64,000 nt of DNA, taken from Chrysemys picta bellii (lineage: Eukaryota). The stretch covers positions 18,414,001 through 18,478,000 of the forward strand of contig NC_088796.1 of the NCBI RefSeq assembly GCF_011386835.1, read 5' to 3'. Both the position numbers and the translations under genes were made by a program. Below are positions 10,743 to 25,691 of the stretch, piece by piece. The notes beneath the pieces were generated by a model, which searched no databases, was not told the origin of the DNA, and saw nothing but the letters and a program-made list of their open reading frames with translations. Positions within the stretch are counted from its first letter, which is position 1. Every line of letters starts with the position of its first letter.

Positions 10743-13700
10743 TAAGGAGCAATAAATTGTCTCTGCCTTCCACTAGTGATGACCCAAACCAGAACCTCAG
10801 TTGTAAACCCGGCAACTCATGACCAACTTGCCCAACCTCTCACCTCACTCACTCATAGATAACTTCACAAACCAACCAAATAATAACACTGCCAGCTGTC
10901 TCTTCAGTAATTCCACCCCCCACCACCCGCTTTGCAAACACAGTGAGAGTGTATGCAAAACTTTTGGCACCACTCTGCCTGCTAACAACTACAAACTGAA
11001 GCACCTGTTTGTTAGACATGCCCAGCTGTGTGTATGCCAGCCAACAGAGAGCCATCCATCTGCAGAACACTCCAATGCCAGTTCCTTTACTTGGAATGAG
11101 TTGAAAGCATCCCTAAGAAAATATTCCCCACACAACTAAAATCAAATTTTCCTTCTTGATATCTTCTTTTTTCTCTCCCTGGTATTTTGAACTTCTCCGT
11201 TTACTTTTATTAAGACTTATTATAAGCTCGTAAACTTGGCAGAAAGGAGTTGTGATTTTTATCACCTTTAGAACTTTCAGTGCTTTTTTATAATCAACAC
11301 AGAGGGAAAAGGAATAGAAAAGGGGGTATGGAAAAGAATGTAGAGATGCAGCAATTCCAGAAAAAGTAAATATAACACCAAGTCAAAGTAAATGACGTAA
11401 GAATCACATACAGGGGAATTTCAACAGGATAGGAGAGAGAAGGAGGGGAAATCAATCCTCGTACTTTTTATTCTAAAGCCTCCGTTATGCAAACCCTTTG
11501 GTGGTAAAATAACTACTCAGATGAGTAAAGTTACTCCTGTCTGTTTTGCCAGATTGGCCCTAAAACTATACTAACTTCCACTTTCCTTCTGTATGAAGTT
11601 CAAGCTCCTTATGTTCAAAGCTCTCTGTTACTTCACCCTGCTTATATTTAATCTCCTCCTGCATTTCCTTCTGCTTCCTATGATTTGTGCATGTTTCCTT
11701 GCTTCAGGTCCTTAGTCCATGCTTTATTTCATACATGAGAAATGGCTTCCTATCTATTATACACCAAGAGACCTCTCACTCCCTACTCAAAACAATCCCC
11801 ACCTCTTCATTAAGATGTGATAGCTAGAGTCGTCATGTCTCACAATATGTGCCTTCTATTCTGGTTGGTAGTGTTTACGTTTGTCTTTAGATTTCTTTGG
11901 GCCAGGTGCCTGGTATTTGGCAGAGATCAATGCAGTCTGGCTGTGTGTACACTTATACTACTCTATCAACGATACAAACGATGTACTGTTTATACAGTGC
12001 TGTGGGTGCTCACAACACTCTAGAGTGGGTGACATGCCAAAGGAAGAATAAGGCATTAACATGGGATTTTTTGTCTTTTGAAAGGCTACCAATCTAAACA
12101 ACTCAGTTGGCTTGATTTTTCATTCAGCCATTCTGCTTAAACCAGGAATAGCTCCATTGATTACTATTCATTTGTATTACAGAAGCTGCTGGAAGTCTCA
12201 ACTGAGAGCAGAGCTCCACTGTGGTCCGTAAGAGACAATGCATGCTGAATCGGTGACTCTCTAAATAGACAAGACAGACAAAGTGGAGGAAGGGAAACAG
12301 AGCTACAGAGACATTTAGTGACCTGTCCAAGATGACGTAGCAGGTCAGTGGTAGAGTCAGGATTAAATCCCTGGTTTCCTGAAACTCAGATCAGTGCATT
12401 ATCTACTGGACCATGCGGTCTCCCTATCATAGTGCAGTGATGGCAGTGTCAAACCAGTGTCATTCCGAAGAATCAGGCCCCTTTTGTTTCTATCAGCTGA
12501 CTCTTCAAACTCATGTTTTTATCTGTAAGGACATGAAAACACAATAGCCTTTAATGTAAAGCACCAGCTCTCCTCATTCGTAGAAAACCCATTTCTCTTG
12601 TCATTCAAGAGTAGCTGGCACTCAGACTGTATAGCTGGGAGTAATTTACATGCTGGAAGCTGGCCATGAACAGACGAGGAGTGGCTGCTCCCACAGCAAA
12701 GCAGTGTAAAAGGCACCCCAGGCTGGAGAATGTAGGAGACACAGCTGTTCACCAATCCAGATTGTACCCTGGGGAATGTCACAACGGGACTAAACATCAC
12801 TGCAATGTGTAGATGATTGGTCTGGGACTGGAGCCTGAGATCTGGGACCCCCACCCTCGCAGGATTGCAGAGCTTGGGCTTCAGCCCAAGCCCAAGCGTT
12901 TACACAGCAATATTTCAGCTCTGGAGCCTAAGTCTCATAAGCCAGAGTCAACTAACCCAGGCCAGTCACAGGTTTCATTATCACTAAGGAGACGTAGCCT
13001 CTGGGGCTTAGGTGTTCAGATGCCTAGAGTGAGGCATTCTCACTTGCCCAGGAGCAGAAATTTAGACATCTAGGGAATTTTGTTGTGAGTTTAGGCACTT
13101 ACCGGATTAAGTAGCAGAGGGGCAGGGGTTTGGAGGATCTCAGTGACACCCCGATTTTCAATGTAGGTGCCTAAAGTAGGAGTTAGGTACCTAAGCCCTT
13201 TTGTGAATCTGGGCCTGCAATAATACAAATAATAAATAATAATATGTTGCCTATTTTAGGAAAAAAGCCTAGTGAGAGATTATGTGCACCGGGTGATGTT
13301 CTCTCAGTGCAGGATTCACAGCACTATCCCTTTCTTCCACCCTCCCAGCAGAGGGGCAGAGAATCTCCTTCCATTTAGGAGGGCAGTGCCCAGAATACAG
13401 AATCACAGCATCTCCCCTCGATTCACAAAGCTACCTGCACCCCACAGCAGCAGGGGTTGTGTGCTCCAGATCATCTCATTAGTCTAGCCCATTTGTTAAA
13501 TATGCTCTAGCCCCCAGCTTGAGCTGTCATGCCGGATTTATCGGGGTGTGGCAGATGCTCTAGTGATGACAGATATGAAGGCTGGAGTTGAACAGAACCC
13601 AAGCTCTGTTAAGCAGTTGCACGGTTACAGCTGGTAAGCACTGGAGAGAGATGTCAAGGCTGCAAATTGGCCATGAACTAAAAGAGAGAAAGCTGAGGCA

Positions 13701-14072
13701 GATGGAGGCCCTGCTAGATGAGCCAAGAGAATAAATGGGGGAGATCTCCTGCCAATCAACAAGGCTGGAGCATGGAACTGGGGGATCAAGTCATGCCCAA
13801 TGCTAAATTATTTCAGTACATATCAGGGGGCTTCAATTATCTTCTATTAGAATCAGAGACTTTTAGGTTAAAAAATCAATACAAAAAAAATGAAAAGTCT
13901 ATCTTACTCATCATTGGTTTCTGCTCCTTGTTTACCCTTCATCATTTCTCTTCAACTTGGGCAATGAAAGTGAACTAGTCATTTTTTACTTTTCCCTGTA
14001 CTTAGCTTCCAATCAACTTCCATTTCTTATGTAATAACTCAATGCTGCAGTGTGTGGATCACACAAGTTCTG

Positions 14073-14174
14073 AGCTAGATACAGAAATTACTGGATGAGA
14101 TCCTTGGGCGTGTATTTTGCAGGTCAGATTGGATGATCACAGTGGTTCCTGGCATCCTAAAAAAATCTATGAAT
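14073..14174 (+). mobile_element. CR1 LINE 3' terminal fragment
   Basis: ..GGTCAGATTGGATGATCACAGTGGTTCC..AAAATCTATGAAT resembles the CR1 3'UTR and tail. Confidence 0.5.
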
Positions 14175-15492
14175 GGAAGCTGCAGGAGGAATGTTTATTT
14201 TATTGTTTTTAAACCCTGTTTCCCTTGGAATTAAAATATGTTTGTGGAAACCTGTCTAGTGATATTAGTGAAAAGTTTATACATTCAGAGCATTAGTCCA
14301 GGGGCAAACTAAACCTGGTGTTTTTACTTGACAAGTTGGCCAACACTGTGCTAATCCTCTTGGAATTCAACAATTATAAAGTGCCACATAGGTGTCAAAT
14401 GTATTCCAAAGGGAATATCACCTCCTAGTCCTCTTCTGTGCTAGTTGAGTACAGATGGAGGAGGAGTAAAATAAAGGTTACCACTGTCCCATGAGGGGAG
14501 AGGTGAAGAGGTATGCCTTTCTCCTAGGTGTGGTTTATTGAAAACTCTTAAAATTGTGATCTATCACTTTAAATTCTCAGGGAGTTTCCTTGGTGTTTTA
14601 GGGAGCACCTTACTTTTGATCTCTCTGTTTTTGGGTTCTTATGTGTAATTCTGAATTCTAAGAAATAAAGTTGTGCTATGTTGCAGCTTTCCAGCAATAG
14701 TAGTTTATGTTTTTATCTAACTTCTCTATGTATATGCTGCGAAAGATAACATGAGGCTTCCTGCAGCTGAGTCAAAAATAACTAGGCCAGTCTTAACACA
14801 GCTGCACCCAACTGGGAGTGAAGATACTGCTGTCAAAAGACACCTGTCTTTTGTCAAAAGTTTCCAGTGCCTCCAGGAATTGTGCAGAGTAAAGGCTAGG
14901 CCAAAGAAAGGCTTTGCAGGAGAAGAGATGATCTTTGGCCAGGTGGGCTCTCAGTGAGTCTCCATTTGTAAATAAGTTTAAAATGTCCACATCTTCAAAA
15001 CAATAAATGGGGATTATCCAAGCTATTCACTTAGAGCCAAAAACTGACACCCTAGCTCACTGTGTATGGTTCCCTTACTCCGTGAGTATCTACACTGAAA
15101 TCCATGGGACTACCTGTGTAGTAATCTCAATGCGAGTAACAGCAGCAGCCTCTGCCCCATAATCATTAATGGAAGCCAAGCCAGTCAAACTCATCCAACA
15201 CACACACCCATCTGTAAGTATTCTTAATGTCTATCCTTATGGCCTTCCTCTTAATGAAATGATGGGTTTTTATGATGTCTGTTTGGATGGACCTCCCTAT
15301 CTTCTATTCCTAGAGCAGTTTCTGATTTAGGGGAGAGGAGCTGGAAAGAATCTCCAGGGGATGGAGAAGACCCCTCAGAAGGATAAGAGATAGTGGTAGG
15401 GCATCTGGAGAAATTAGAGGAGCAGCAAATTCCCATCAACAGCATAGAGGTGCCAAATTGACAACTTCAACTTTAGCCACTCAAAAATTGGG

Positions 15493-15985
15493 TTCCAGAG
15501 TTGTAGCCGTGTTAGTCTGTATCAGCAAAAAGAACGAGGAGTACTTGTGGCACCTTAGAGACTAACAAATTTATTTGGGCATAAGTTTTCGTGGGCTAAA
15601 ACCCACTTCATTGGATGCATACAGTGGAAAATACAGTAGGAAGATATATATACACAGACAACATGAAAAAATGGGTGTTGCCATACCAACTATAACAAGA
15701 CTAATCAATTATGGTGGGCTATTATCAGCAGGAGAAAAAAAACTTTTGTAGTGATAATCAGGATGACCCATTTCCAACAGTTGACCAGAAGGTGTGAGTA
15801 ACAGTAGGGAAAATTAGCATGGGGAAATAGTTTTTACTTTATGTAATAACCCATCCACTCCCAGTCTTTATTCAAGCCTAATTTAATGGTGTCCAGTTTG
15901 CAAACTAATTCCAATTCTGCAGTTTCTCGGAGTCTGGTTCTGAAGTTTTTTTGTTGGAGTATTGCGACTTTTAGGTCTGTAATTG
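15493..15985 (-). mobile_element. Penelope-like element 3' fragment (pLTR plus end of GIY-YIG region)
   Basis: pLTR text GTTAGTCTGTATC..GTACTTGTGGCACCTTAGAGACTAAC is shared with 37319-37410. Degenerate hammerhead at 15579-15618. Possible AATTGGG duplication at 15486-15492 and 15981-15987. Confidence 0.8.
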
Positions 15986-16387
15986 GGGATTTTTTTTAAT
16001 GCACATGTAAATAAGTTCCACTTGAAACTTAGTTGTTAATTGGTCCACTTTAACACTAAATATGTTATATTCATTATAGCTCTAACCCAGTTTGAAATGC
16101 ATTAGTATTCAGTTTTAAATGCTTAATCACTAGAACGTTCAATTTAAATTCTTTCAGTAATCTACTCTGCTAAATTTCAAGTTGATGTAAATGTCAAAAG
16201 CAAAAGACAGAAATGTCTAATTAGCTAAGTACCTAAATTGTTGCACTTCCTTTTCAAATAATAAGTGAACTTATGTAATACTTGCTGTAAGAGGGTACAG
16301 TATAGATAGGGATACCTTTAAGGAAATAGAAAATAATTTGAGATAATTTCACGGCTTTGATTATAATGAATGTGTGTACGTGAATTA

Positions 16388-16404
16388 CTGCCCTCTAGTG
16401 GCCA
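16388..16404 (-). promoter_or_regulatory. CTCF core-motif match
   Basis: Minus strand TGGCCACTAGAGGGCAG matches the vertebrate CTCF consensus CCACYAGRKGGCR. It lies in non-repeat AT-rich DNA. Binding is not shown. Confidence 0.5.
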
Positions 16405-18781
16405 GTCTGCAAAGGGTTTACAATAAACCTGTGCCTATTTACATGCAGTCTGTTATATTTGGACTGCCATCCCAAAACCAATCCACACTTTGCTAATTCA
16501 TATCTTTCCTAAAAAATTATTTCTGCTGCAAAGCCACAGTAAACAAATTAAACAAGAGGATATATTTTTTAAAAGCTTATGGTCCATTAGATGTACACAA
16601 ACTGACCAAAGTCGTCACATAAATCTCTTTATGTTCCTCTGTCTTTCCCATCCCTTATCCTCTTTTGTTTGTTTGTTCTTTCCCTCATTGTGTCATCTTT
16701 AAACTAGAAATGTGGATTAAATCAATCTTTAAATGAGACTGGAAGATCTTCAGGGCAAGAGGCCTTGTATATTTGTTTTGTGTGGAACAAACTATTAATA
16801 ATAATAATCACTTGCAACCACTAATAAAATTTGCCTTTTAGTTCCATGATAGAGGACTGAGTGTATGGAGCACAATGTCAGATGTATAAAATCTAAAATT
16901 TCTTTAAAGTACTTTTATTAAATTATAAGCAAATAAACATTATAGATAAAAGAAAGTGCATGATCAGGGCCAGAGTTCCTTCCTATTCTCATTATTGTTC
17001 TGCCTGAATTTATGGTGCCTGCCATTAAAATGTCAACATTTAGCAAAAGCTACCACACTACAACAGCTGAGATGTTGCAGTGATTTTAGCTGTTAGGGAG
17101 TACTGTGATGTCTTAGGTACCATTGCAAATGATTTCTTAATGGTGACCACTGTACATCAGAGTAAGAGTAACATAACATTTCTATGAGATATAATGCAAG
17201 CAGGGGTAGGAAAAATTGTACTGCCTATTTCAAACCCCCTACAAACACCATAGCTTTAAATACTGGCCTCAGACTCACACATTATTGGATTCACATTCTG
17301 CTAAGTAAAGACTGTGAACATAGAGGAAAGGAGGCAGAGTGGAAAATGACAAATACAAGAAGTGTGGATATAAGAGAGAAGATGAGAATAATTAAACAGA
17401 GTATGTCAATGCTCAAGATTTTCAAAAAGTCACTAATGATTTTGGGTGTCCAACCTGAGGCACCTTATAGGAGCCTGATTTTCAAAAGGTGCTCAGCACC
17501 CATCCCCTGACGTTCGGGACCAAGTAAGCTGTTTCAAAAGGAGCATCTAAAAATGAAGGCATCCAAAATCACTAGTCACTTTTTCAAAAGGTTGGCCACA
17601 CAAAGTACCCACCTGTGCCAGCCTAAAAGGTGTATGGGTGAAGAGGGCCATTCTAGCCCTCATACTGCTTGACATATTGATTCACTCTAGTTGCCTCCTC
17701 CTTTCATAATCCCTTGCTGTGTCGTCTACTCTTATTGGTATTGTTTTCATTTAGGTGCAGATCTTGCAATCTCTTCCACATGGGGAGACTCTGTGCAGAT
17801 TCCCATTTTACTATCTGGGTCTTAATTGCAAGCTCTTTAATGTACGAAATAAATAGCAGTATGTAAAGCAATGGGCACGTCTTAGGTACTGCATAGGTAA
17901 TAACAACCATACAGAGCACAGATTTATCCTCAGCTAGAAAAATATGCTGGTTTGTTTTAAAACTCAGTATCTATTGAAAAACAAAAATGGGCCAGATTCT
18001 CAGCTGGTATAATCTGACATAGCTCCATTGAGCTCATTCTCTGATTTAAATCAACTAAGGGTCTGGCCTCATGTGTTTAAATTACAAGGAGTTGTGAACT
18101 CAAATAAGTTATATGAACCCAAAATGTAGATCAACAATTTCACCAAATTTTAAACTCTTTACCCAACGATAGCCCTGAATTCTATTCCATATCTATTGCG
18201 TGTGATTTAGCTGATGTGTTGTGATTACAGATTTATCAGAGTGTGCAATTAAAATCCAGTAGCCACCTTTAAAACCTATTACAGTGATTTCTGCATCAAG
18301 TATCTTGTTGTAAGTCATGTTTAAAGAATACTTTGCTAATTAAAAAATGTACAAAGTTTGCATTATAGCTAAATTCCTTAAGGAGAATTCCATGAAAGCA
18401 AAAGAAAAACCAAGAAAGCTGTGATAATGTGCATGATATGAATAATGACTTATAGTAAGATGGGAGAGAAAATAGTAATTAATAATTCTGTATTATGAGA
18501 AGTAGGCTTTCCAATTACTGCAGTGTCATAAACATAGGAAGCTAAATCATTCATGATATTCAAATGAATACTTCTGGTATATGTCTGATAACCAAGGGCC
18601 CAACTCTGCAGTCCCAATTCTGGCAAAACTCTCATTAGTTACAAAGGAAGTTTTGCCTGGGTGGGGCCTATTTCCTTAAGTCTCTAGGGTCACTGATCGC
18701 TAGGTTAAACAAAGGAACAACAGACAGGTCCAAACTTTCCCAAACTTGTTGGTTAATGAAGACCCCTTATTTCCTAAAAAA

Positions 18782-18784
<3 letters not shown>

Positions 18785-18840
<56 letters not shown>
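18785..18840. repeat. (TG)28 microsatellite
   Basis: Uninterrupted TG dinucleotide run. Confidence 0.95.
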
Positions 18841-18844
<4 letters not shown>

Positions 18845-21800
18845 TTCTGGGTCATAATATCACATTTCTGTCATTTTTTTCTAAAGGAACAGAAAATTGG
18901 GAAAAGTAATCAGTTTGTTAGATTTCACTTGGGAAGAAAAAAGTAAAACTTTTTTTTTTACTCATTTCCCCCTCTTTGTCTGCTAGGTGGCCCCACCTAG
19001 TGTCTGCAGTCCCCTGACATAGAAGCTGTATCCTGTTTGAAAGGAAGTGGAATCCGACACCTGGGTGATCTCCCACAGCTGATAGGATCCATCCCCACCA
19101 AGTGAAAACCCAGAATTATTATATAGTTTGCCTTGGACTGTCATTAATATTGGAAATGTAGTTGGGGAGCAAGCACTTTAATGAGGGATAGAGCAATAGG
19201 ATGTTTCAGAAATCAAATAAGCTTCCATAGAAAATATTCTTAAAACCCTCAAAATCAAATCCTCTGCTGTGCTAAACCAGCATATCTTCCTTGACTTCAG
19301 TGGAGCTATGCCAACACCAGCTGAGGATCTATCCCATAATGTTCAATAGAGAATGATACATTTTGAATAGTTTTTTAACAATCCTATAGAATTCCACAAC
19401 AGGGGATATAATTGTCTATGATGTTCTGGTGGCACCTGTAGAAAAGTTTTCATTTTCTGTTTATTTCTATAGACCTTTTCCACAAGGGTAACAACAAAGC
19501 ACAACAAATATACTACAGAAATGTCACTATTATTATTATGCAAAGGAAGTATCATACACTGACCTATGTGTATAAAGAGAAACAATTAAAAAGTTCAAAA
19601 GCAACCATACAAAGAAGGATAAAATACTACAGTGGTTTAATTCCAATAAGTAACAGCACTTGGAGAACCTTGGAACATGAAGGGACTTCTGACAAGCTTA
19701 ATATGCAATATAAAGACTTTCCCTAGAAAATCTTGCAGGACATGTAGAGCTGTTTAATACAGAAAAATAGACAACAAGGCAAGCAATAAGGATTTATTTA
19801 CAAAGGCTAACAAAATGAATCAAAGAAATTACCCTTCTGGCTAATGTATGTTCAAAACACGAGGTTAACAAAGGGAAAGGAAGCTAAAACTAATGATGTA
19901 TGTCTTAACTACAGACTTAGATGCCCAGAAAATCTCTCCTAAGAAATGAACAATGTTTTTTAAGCCCAAAAGAATAAGTCCCAATACAGGAGGAATTATG
20001 ATTTTGTATGAGCAGGTCAAGAGTCACTATAAAAAGCTCAAATCAGAGAGAAACAGAGAGAGATAAGAAAGGAGATTAGGCAGAAGACTACTACTACCGT
20101 GGACCTCTCTTCAGTTATATCTGTCATTCTTCCCTGGATTTATTCCATCTCTCGCAGGATATAGTGATAAACTCTATGGTTCTGCAAAGATAAAAATTCT
20201 AAAACCCTTTTTGTGACATTCCTCACAAAGTCTTCACTGCTATTTTTAACCCGAATTAAAAACACACCCTTTTTTTTGCAGGGAAGATGTATCTTCACTT
20301 GCAGCAGTAGTAGAAATGGTCTGCAGCTGGCCCCAGGATTGGGGGAATATAAATGTGACCTAATGGGATCTTTCTTTCCCCACCCTTCCCCTAGTCTTGC
20401 ACACAGCACAGTTGGGCCAGCAATTGGGAGTATTTCATTTTATGAGATGAAGTTATTTTACATTTTTGGTGCAGACCCCTGGGCAGGGTAAAGTAATAGG
20501 GGCACTTTCTAAATACAATTATTACTCATGATTTTCAAAAGTAACTAGTGGTTTCAGTGCCTTGATTCTGAGTATCGAGCAGGGGCAACTTGAGATGCCC
20601 CAAAGGACCAAGATTTTCAGAGGGCAGGTTGTCAGCACTTCCTGAAAACCAGGCTTCTTTAAGGTATCTTAAATCGAGCCCTCAAAGCCATTAATCACTT
20701 CTGAAAATCTTGGGTATTTGTTTCTCACGAGATGTGGTATGCAGATTAAAACAACATACAACAGCCAGCTTAGCTTAATGTTACCAGCAGTAAAGTATAG
20801 ATACAGTGGTCAGGGGTCAGCAATGTGTCTGTACACAGACAAAAGTGTCTGTGGTAAAAATGTTGAGGTCCATGGTCATTTTTCAAGAAACGTTGAATGA
20901 CTGAATGACATAACCCCCGCAATGTCTGTCAGTAAGTATGGTAATTTTGTCACGTGTTCGTCATGCAACATGGCGGTGCTGACCCCTGACAGTGGTCTAA
21001 AGTCCTCACTCAGCTTTTACTTCAGTGTGAGTTTGCCTGAGAACTGCATAAAAAAAAAGTAAGGACCCTCAGGCTATGTCCAAAATATAAAAGAGTTTTT
21101 AGATAAGGTTCTCTTGAGTTATCTATTCCTGTCTGAGGACACTGGAGGAGGTAGGAAGTAGGAACATGTGGCATTACGCTTGGCATGTTTCTCAGCCTAA
21201 TTTGCTGAAATTTATGAGTGCATAACAAGTGAATTTATTAATTTTTGGCACAGCAAACATTACAGAATAAGCCCGAGTAATATTCAATCTGCTTTGTTTT
21301 ATGGAGCTCTTTATAGAATTGACACATAGCACACAAGTACATTGTGCATCTGCACAAATGCTTGCATTCATTTTACTCCTCTCTTTGCAGCATCAGTGGT
21401 GTGAACCCAGATCAGAAAGCAAAGGATTTATACTGGAGGGGTGGGAGGAAGCAAATTTCAGAAATGCCTCACTAACCTTCCACTTTAAATCAAAGCATAA
21501 ATGGCTTGCACATGTACCGTCTCCAGTAAACAAAAATAACCATCTGTTGAAACACCACAAAGAAAAACTCTTTCCAAAACAACAAATTATTGTTGTATTT
21601 ATATTTCCCCTGCAGTATTTCTCAGCTGATTAAAATTAAGACCCTAATCAACACTGAGCACATAACATCACTGTCAGTTAGCAGAAAGTCTGTTCACTTA
21701 TTTGCCCTGTCTGATTGCTTGAACTAATGATTTAATATTTTTTGTAGGCCATCAAATAGTGCCAAAAGATCTCCCTCTGTATTTCTCCAGAGCCCAGTAT

Positions 21801-22627
21801 GGCATTGTTTACAAATAGTGTTGTACTTTGCTGATTCAGTAACCCTGTAATTTGTTCCACTGTGCAGCGTGGCATGACTTCCTTGTCATTTCTGTAAATG
21901 AAAGAGATATTGGTGTTTGTGTTATTTTTTTAGCCTCACGCTTAAATTGTTGGTTTTATTTTTTCCCAGTAGAAATAGCTAAAGATAGAGAAGTTGTAGA
22001 AATTGTTCCTTTATTGTATTATCTATCTTTGGGCTTGGTATTAGTGCCCATCATGGTAGTGTCTGAGCCCCTATACACTGTAATGCCATTTTCATTTTCA
22101 ACTCTAATGTTAACAGGTTATTATTTGTTTATTGGTACATCCCAAAGTCTTCTATCAGCTACACTGGCACTACTTCAGTGATTTTTGCATGGTAACTGGA
22201 CTCTAATATCAGGCCAGATGGTCCCAGCTACTTTCCTGAGTGAAGGGGAACCAAATCACGTGGAGCTAAAAACTCTGATATGATAGTGAGAAACCTGGTA
22301 TAAAATCCTAGATAGACAGACATATCTGGCTGAGGGAAGAAGAAAGGGAAAGGGGTGGAATGCTGGCTCTGTGGCATTGTCCCCCATGGTATCTACGTGC
22401 CTAGGACCACTTGATCTCATTTCTTTTCATTCATGTATTCATGTCATTGTGGGTGGGGTAGGAGAGGTGAAGGCTGCTCGGTGTGACGTTGTCACTGTAC
22501 TTCCATGGAGGCCAGGAGAACAGTACTCAGGAAAGGGGCCTTCAGGTGGCTGCTCTTGAGCTCAGTGGTTCTCCTAAGATCTGTGTGGGTCCTTCCAAGT
22601 TTCCCATAGAGCTTGGGGGAAATCTAT

Positions 22628-22829
22628 GGGGAGGGATAGCTCAGTGGTTTTGAGGATTGGTCTGCTAAACCCAGGGTTGTGAGTTCAATCCTTGAGGGGG
22701 CCACTTAGGGATCTGGGGCAAAATTAGTACTTGGTCCTGCTAGTGAAGGCAGGGGGCTGGACTCAATGACCTTTCAAGGTCCCTTCCAGTTCTAGGAGAT
22801 AGGATATCTCCATTAAAAAAAAAAAAAAA
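22628..22829 (+). mobile_element. Tortoise Pol III-type SINE (tRNA-derived head, CR1-like 3' tail)
   Basis: GGGGAGGGATAGCTCAGTGG (A box) .. GAGTTCAATCC (B box) .. GGACTCAATGACCTTTCAAGGTCCCTTCCAG (CR1 3'-like), then poly(A). Confidence 0.85.
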
Positions 22830-24117
22830 TTCTGACAATTTGACAGCAAATGTAACCTCTGATGGAACAATTTGATGGAAAGTCCACAAGCACAGGGTGC
22901 TTCTAGAGTCTCCTTTCCCCTTCATGGGTTTTTATGTGCAGGGCATGTTACATAGTGTCTACCATACCGCATGTTGTGCAGTAATTGTAGTGCAAATTGT
23001 ACTCGCCATGTATGGGAAACCCCGTCACCACCAAAAGCATACTGATTTTTCTGTTACACTGGAGCTGTCTTCATGGGAGCTGGAAGGTGTAAATGCCAGC
23101 TTGAGGAGACATACCCTCGCCAGTTCTGGTTGAGCTACCACACTAAAAACTGAAGTGTAGCTGTGGAAGTGCAAGTGGTGGGCAGGGCTGGATGCCCTGA
23201 TTACGTACCTATGGTATTGGACAGGATTATACTTGGGGCACTTAGCCCCTCCCACCAGTCACGCTGCCATAGCTGCACATCCTTGAGCTGGGAATTACAA
23301 CTTGCAGGGTCTGGAATTTATTAAATATTTATTATCAAAACACCAAAAATCCATCACATGTGAAATGTTCTCCTTCCTCTTCCCCCTCCTGTTAAATTCT
23401 TTCAACTTCGTCTGACAATCACTCACAGGAATGTATTCCCCTTCCTTTCAATCACTAATCTTATACTGGAAGATGTTAGCAGGTGACACTTCTCTGTCAT
23501 GACATTTTGTTTGTAACGAGCACAAAATACATACATAATCCATCAACAATCTCCATCACTCCACTTAGTGCACATAGAACGAAAGGGGTCTTGGCATATT
23601 CAGCAAACACTTTGGGACCCAAGGTTGCCTCCCTGCCATATCAGAGCAAGATCCTAAATTCAGCAAAAAGCCACTGGGTGGAGCCGGGATGTGTGAATGG
23701 AGGCTATGGGCAGAATTCTTCATTGTCCTACGGGCCCTTTATGCCCAATAAGCTGGTCCAAATAGTACCATAGCAGCTATAAACTGTTTCCCCACTGGGG
23801 AATAGGCCCAGTGCAATAGGCCTTCTCCACTATGCACAGAGCCAACATAGCCTGCTCTGTACTGTCTTCCCCACAGCAGCCCATAGTTCAGGAGAAATGC
23901 TGGGGTCAGGAAAGGATGAATTCCAGGCAACAGAAGTGGTAGCCAGCGATTATCTGGCTGTAACAAAGCCCACAGAGGCCATGACAGCCAGGGCTCAAGT
24001 TACAGCATCCCTCAAGACTGCCCTAACTGCACTGGGAATTGGATCGGCCCTTGGGCAGCCCTAGGATAGGAAAGGTGCAAGCTGCATCCCTTTGGTCCAT
24101 GTGATGACCACCATCTT

Positions 24118-24395
24118 GGCCAACACTGGGGATTAGAGTGGGGACCTCTTCAGCTAAAAGCATAAATCACTGCAGCTTGAGCTGGAGATTCAGCCTCTCA
24201 AGCTCACGCAGACCCACAGCCTCTGTGGGTTGGGTCAGAAAGAGACGTTAACACACACCGACCTGTGGGTTATGAACTCCCTCTGGACAGAGACACTTTT
24301 TCTCTGAGCAAGCCTCACTTAGGTGATGACTGGCACAAGGGGACTGAACCATAAGCTGAACAGATAAGTCTCTGCTGCTTGAGCTTAAGAGCCAC
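24118..24395 (-). mobile_element. Probable SINE with two degenerate tRNA-like units
   Basis: Two minus-strand units start AGCTCAAGC..GCAG.. and carry B-box-like tracts. Both are heavily diverged. Confidence 0.35.
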
Positions 24396-25644
24396 ACGCT
24401 AGACGCAGGGGTTCTAACAGACTCGTGTCTTCTGCAAATTGGGCACAAGGAGGCCATGTAACAGTTTCATCAGATTGCTACATCTCTGCCGGGCTCTGCA
24501 TTGGAGCAGGGATGAATCTAACCTGTACCCCCTATTGAGCATGCTAAGGACCAGCACTCTGCAGCAGCTCCCTCTATGGTAAATGAGTGGGCAGTTGGAA
24601 GCTGTGGGGTGAGGCCAAAGGATTTGCAAGAGTGCAGGTCGACTGGCCAAAATCCCCTATGGACCAGGAATTTGGCCCTTTATTCGCACAGTAATTCACA
24701 ACAATGTGAAAGACTGATAGTAAGAGTGACTTGGCTACTTCTGAATATATTGGCATAACTGGAGAGTTAATTCATCTTGTTTACTGTAGTTTTTACATGT
24801 TGTGATCAACACAGAACGTTCTCCAACACTGCCTAGCCATTCAAATCTATCCAATATCAAATCCTTTTCTTTGTTTACAAAAAAATAAGGTGTTTGCAAT
24901 CCTTTTATATCCACATGCTCCCCGATTATATATTTAGACTGCTTTTAATTCCGCTAATGTTTTTCATACAGTTTCCAAAAATTGTGTTGACAGGTTCTGA
25001 CTGGCTGCGGTACAGATGGAAACTTCATGAGTCTCCCAAAAGCGATGATGATCAGATTTTATTGAAGAATACAGCTTAAAAAAAGGCAAGGAGTAGCAAC
25101 TTGTGTCTCCTTAAAATAAACAAACCTTCCTGCTCATTCCTGTTCTTGACAACTTGCAGAGGCACTCTTATAAATCCGATGATATCTCCAAATACCTTCC
25201 CAAGCCTGAATTCTTCAAACTCATACACGTCGTGGCACACAACTCAAAGAGAGAGTGACTTAATAAAACTGTTGTTATAAGCAGTCGTTTGGAAGTTTAA
25301 ATTGTGATTTACATAAATTCATATTCAGTGATCTCTCAGCTTTTCTTTAATACAAACAAGCAAGTTTTGTCAAGTGCCCAGGGATAGCTATGCTGTGATG
25401 GGTGCTAAATAAATGCAATTTTTTGTTGTGGTTGTTATTTGCTCCCTTTTCAAAGACCGCCTAGAGCTCTTACAAGGAGCATTTTTCCTTCAAAAACTCA
25501 TTTTAACTTAAAGCTCTTTTTGATCTATGCCTCCATTAACCAACAGAGTGCTTTAAGGAGTAAGGAAAATTTCCAAAAAGGTACCCCAGAGCTGCATATG
25601 CAAAATGAAAGGGTCTCAGAAAACCCGTAGACTTTTATGAGAGG

Positions 25645-25647
<3 letters not shown>

Positions 25648-25691
<44 letters not shown>

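Noticed and set aside
22628-22705. tRNA-like sequence
   Set aside because: It is the head of a SINE, continuing into a CR1-like tail and poly(A), not a functional tRNA gene.
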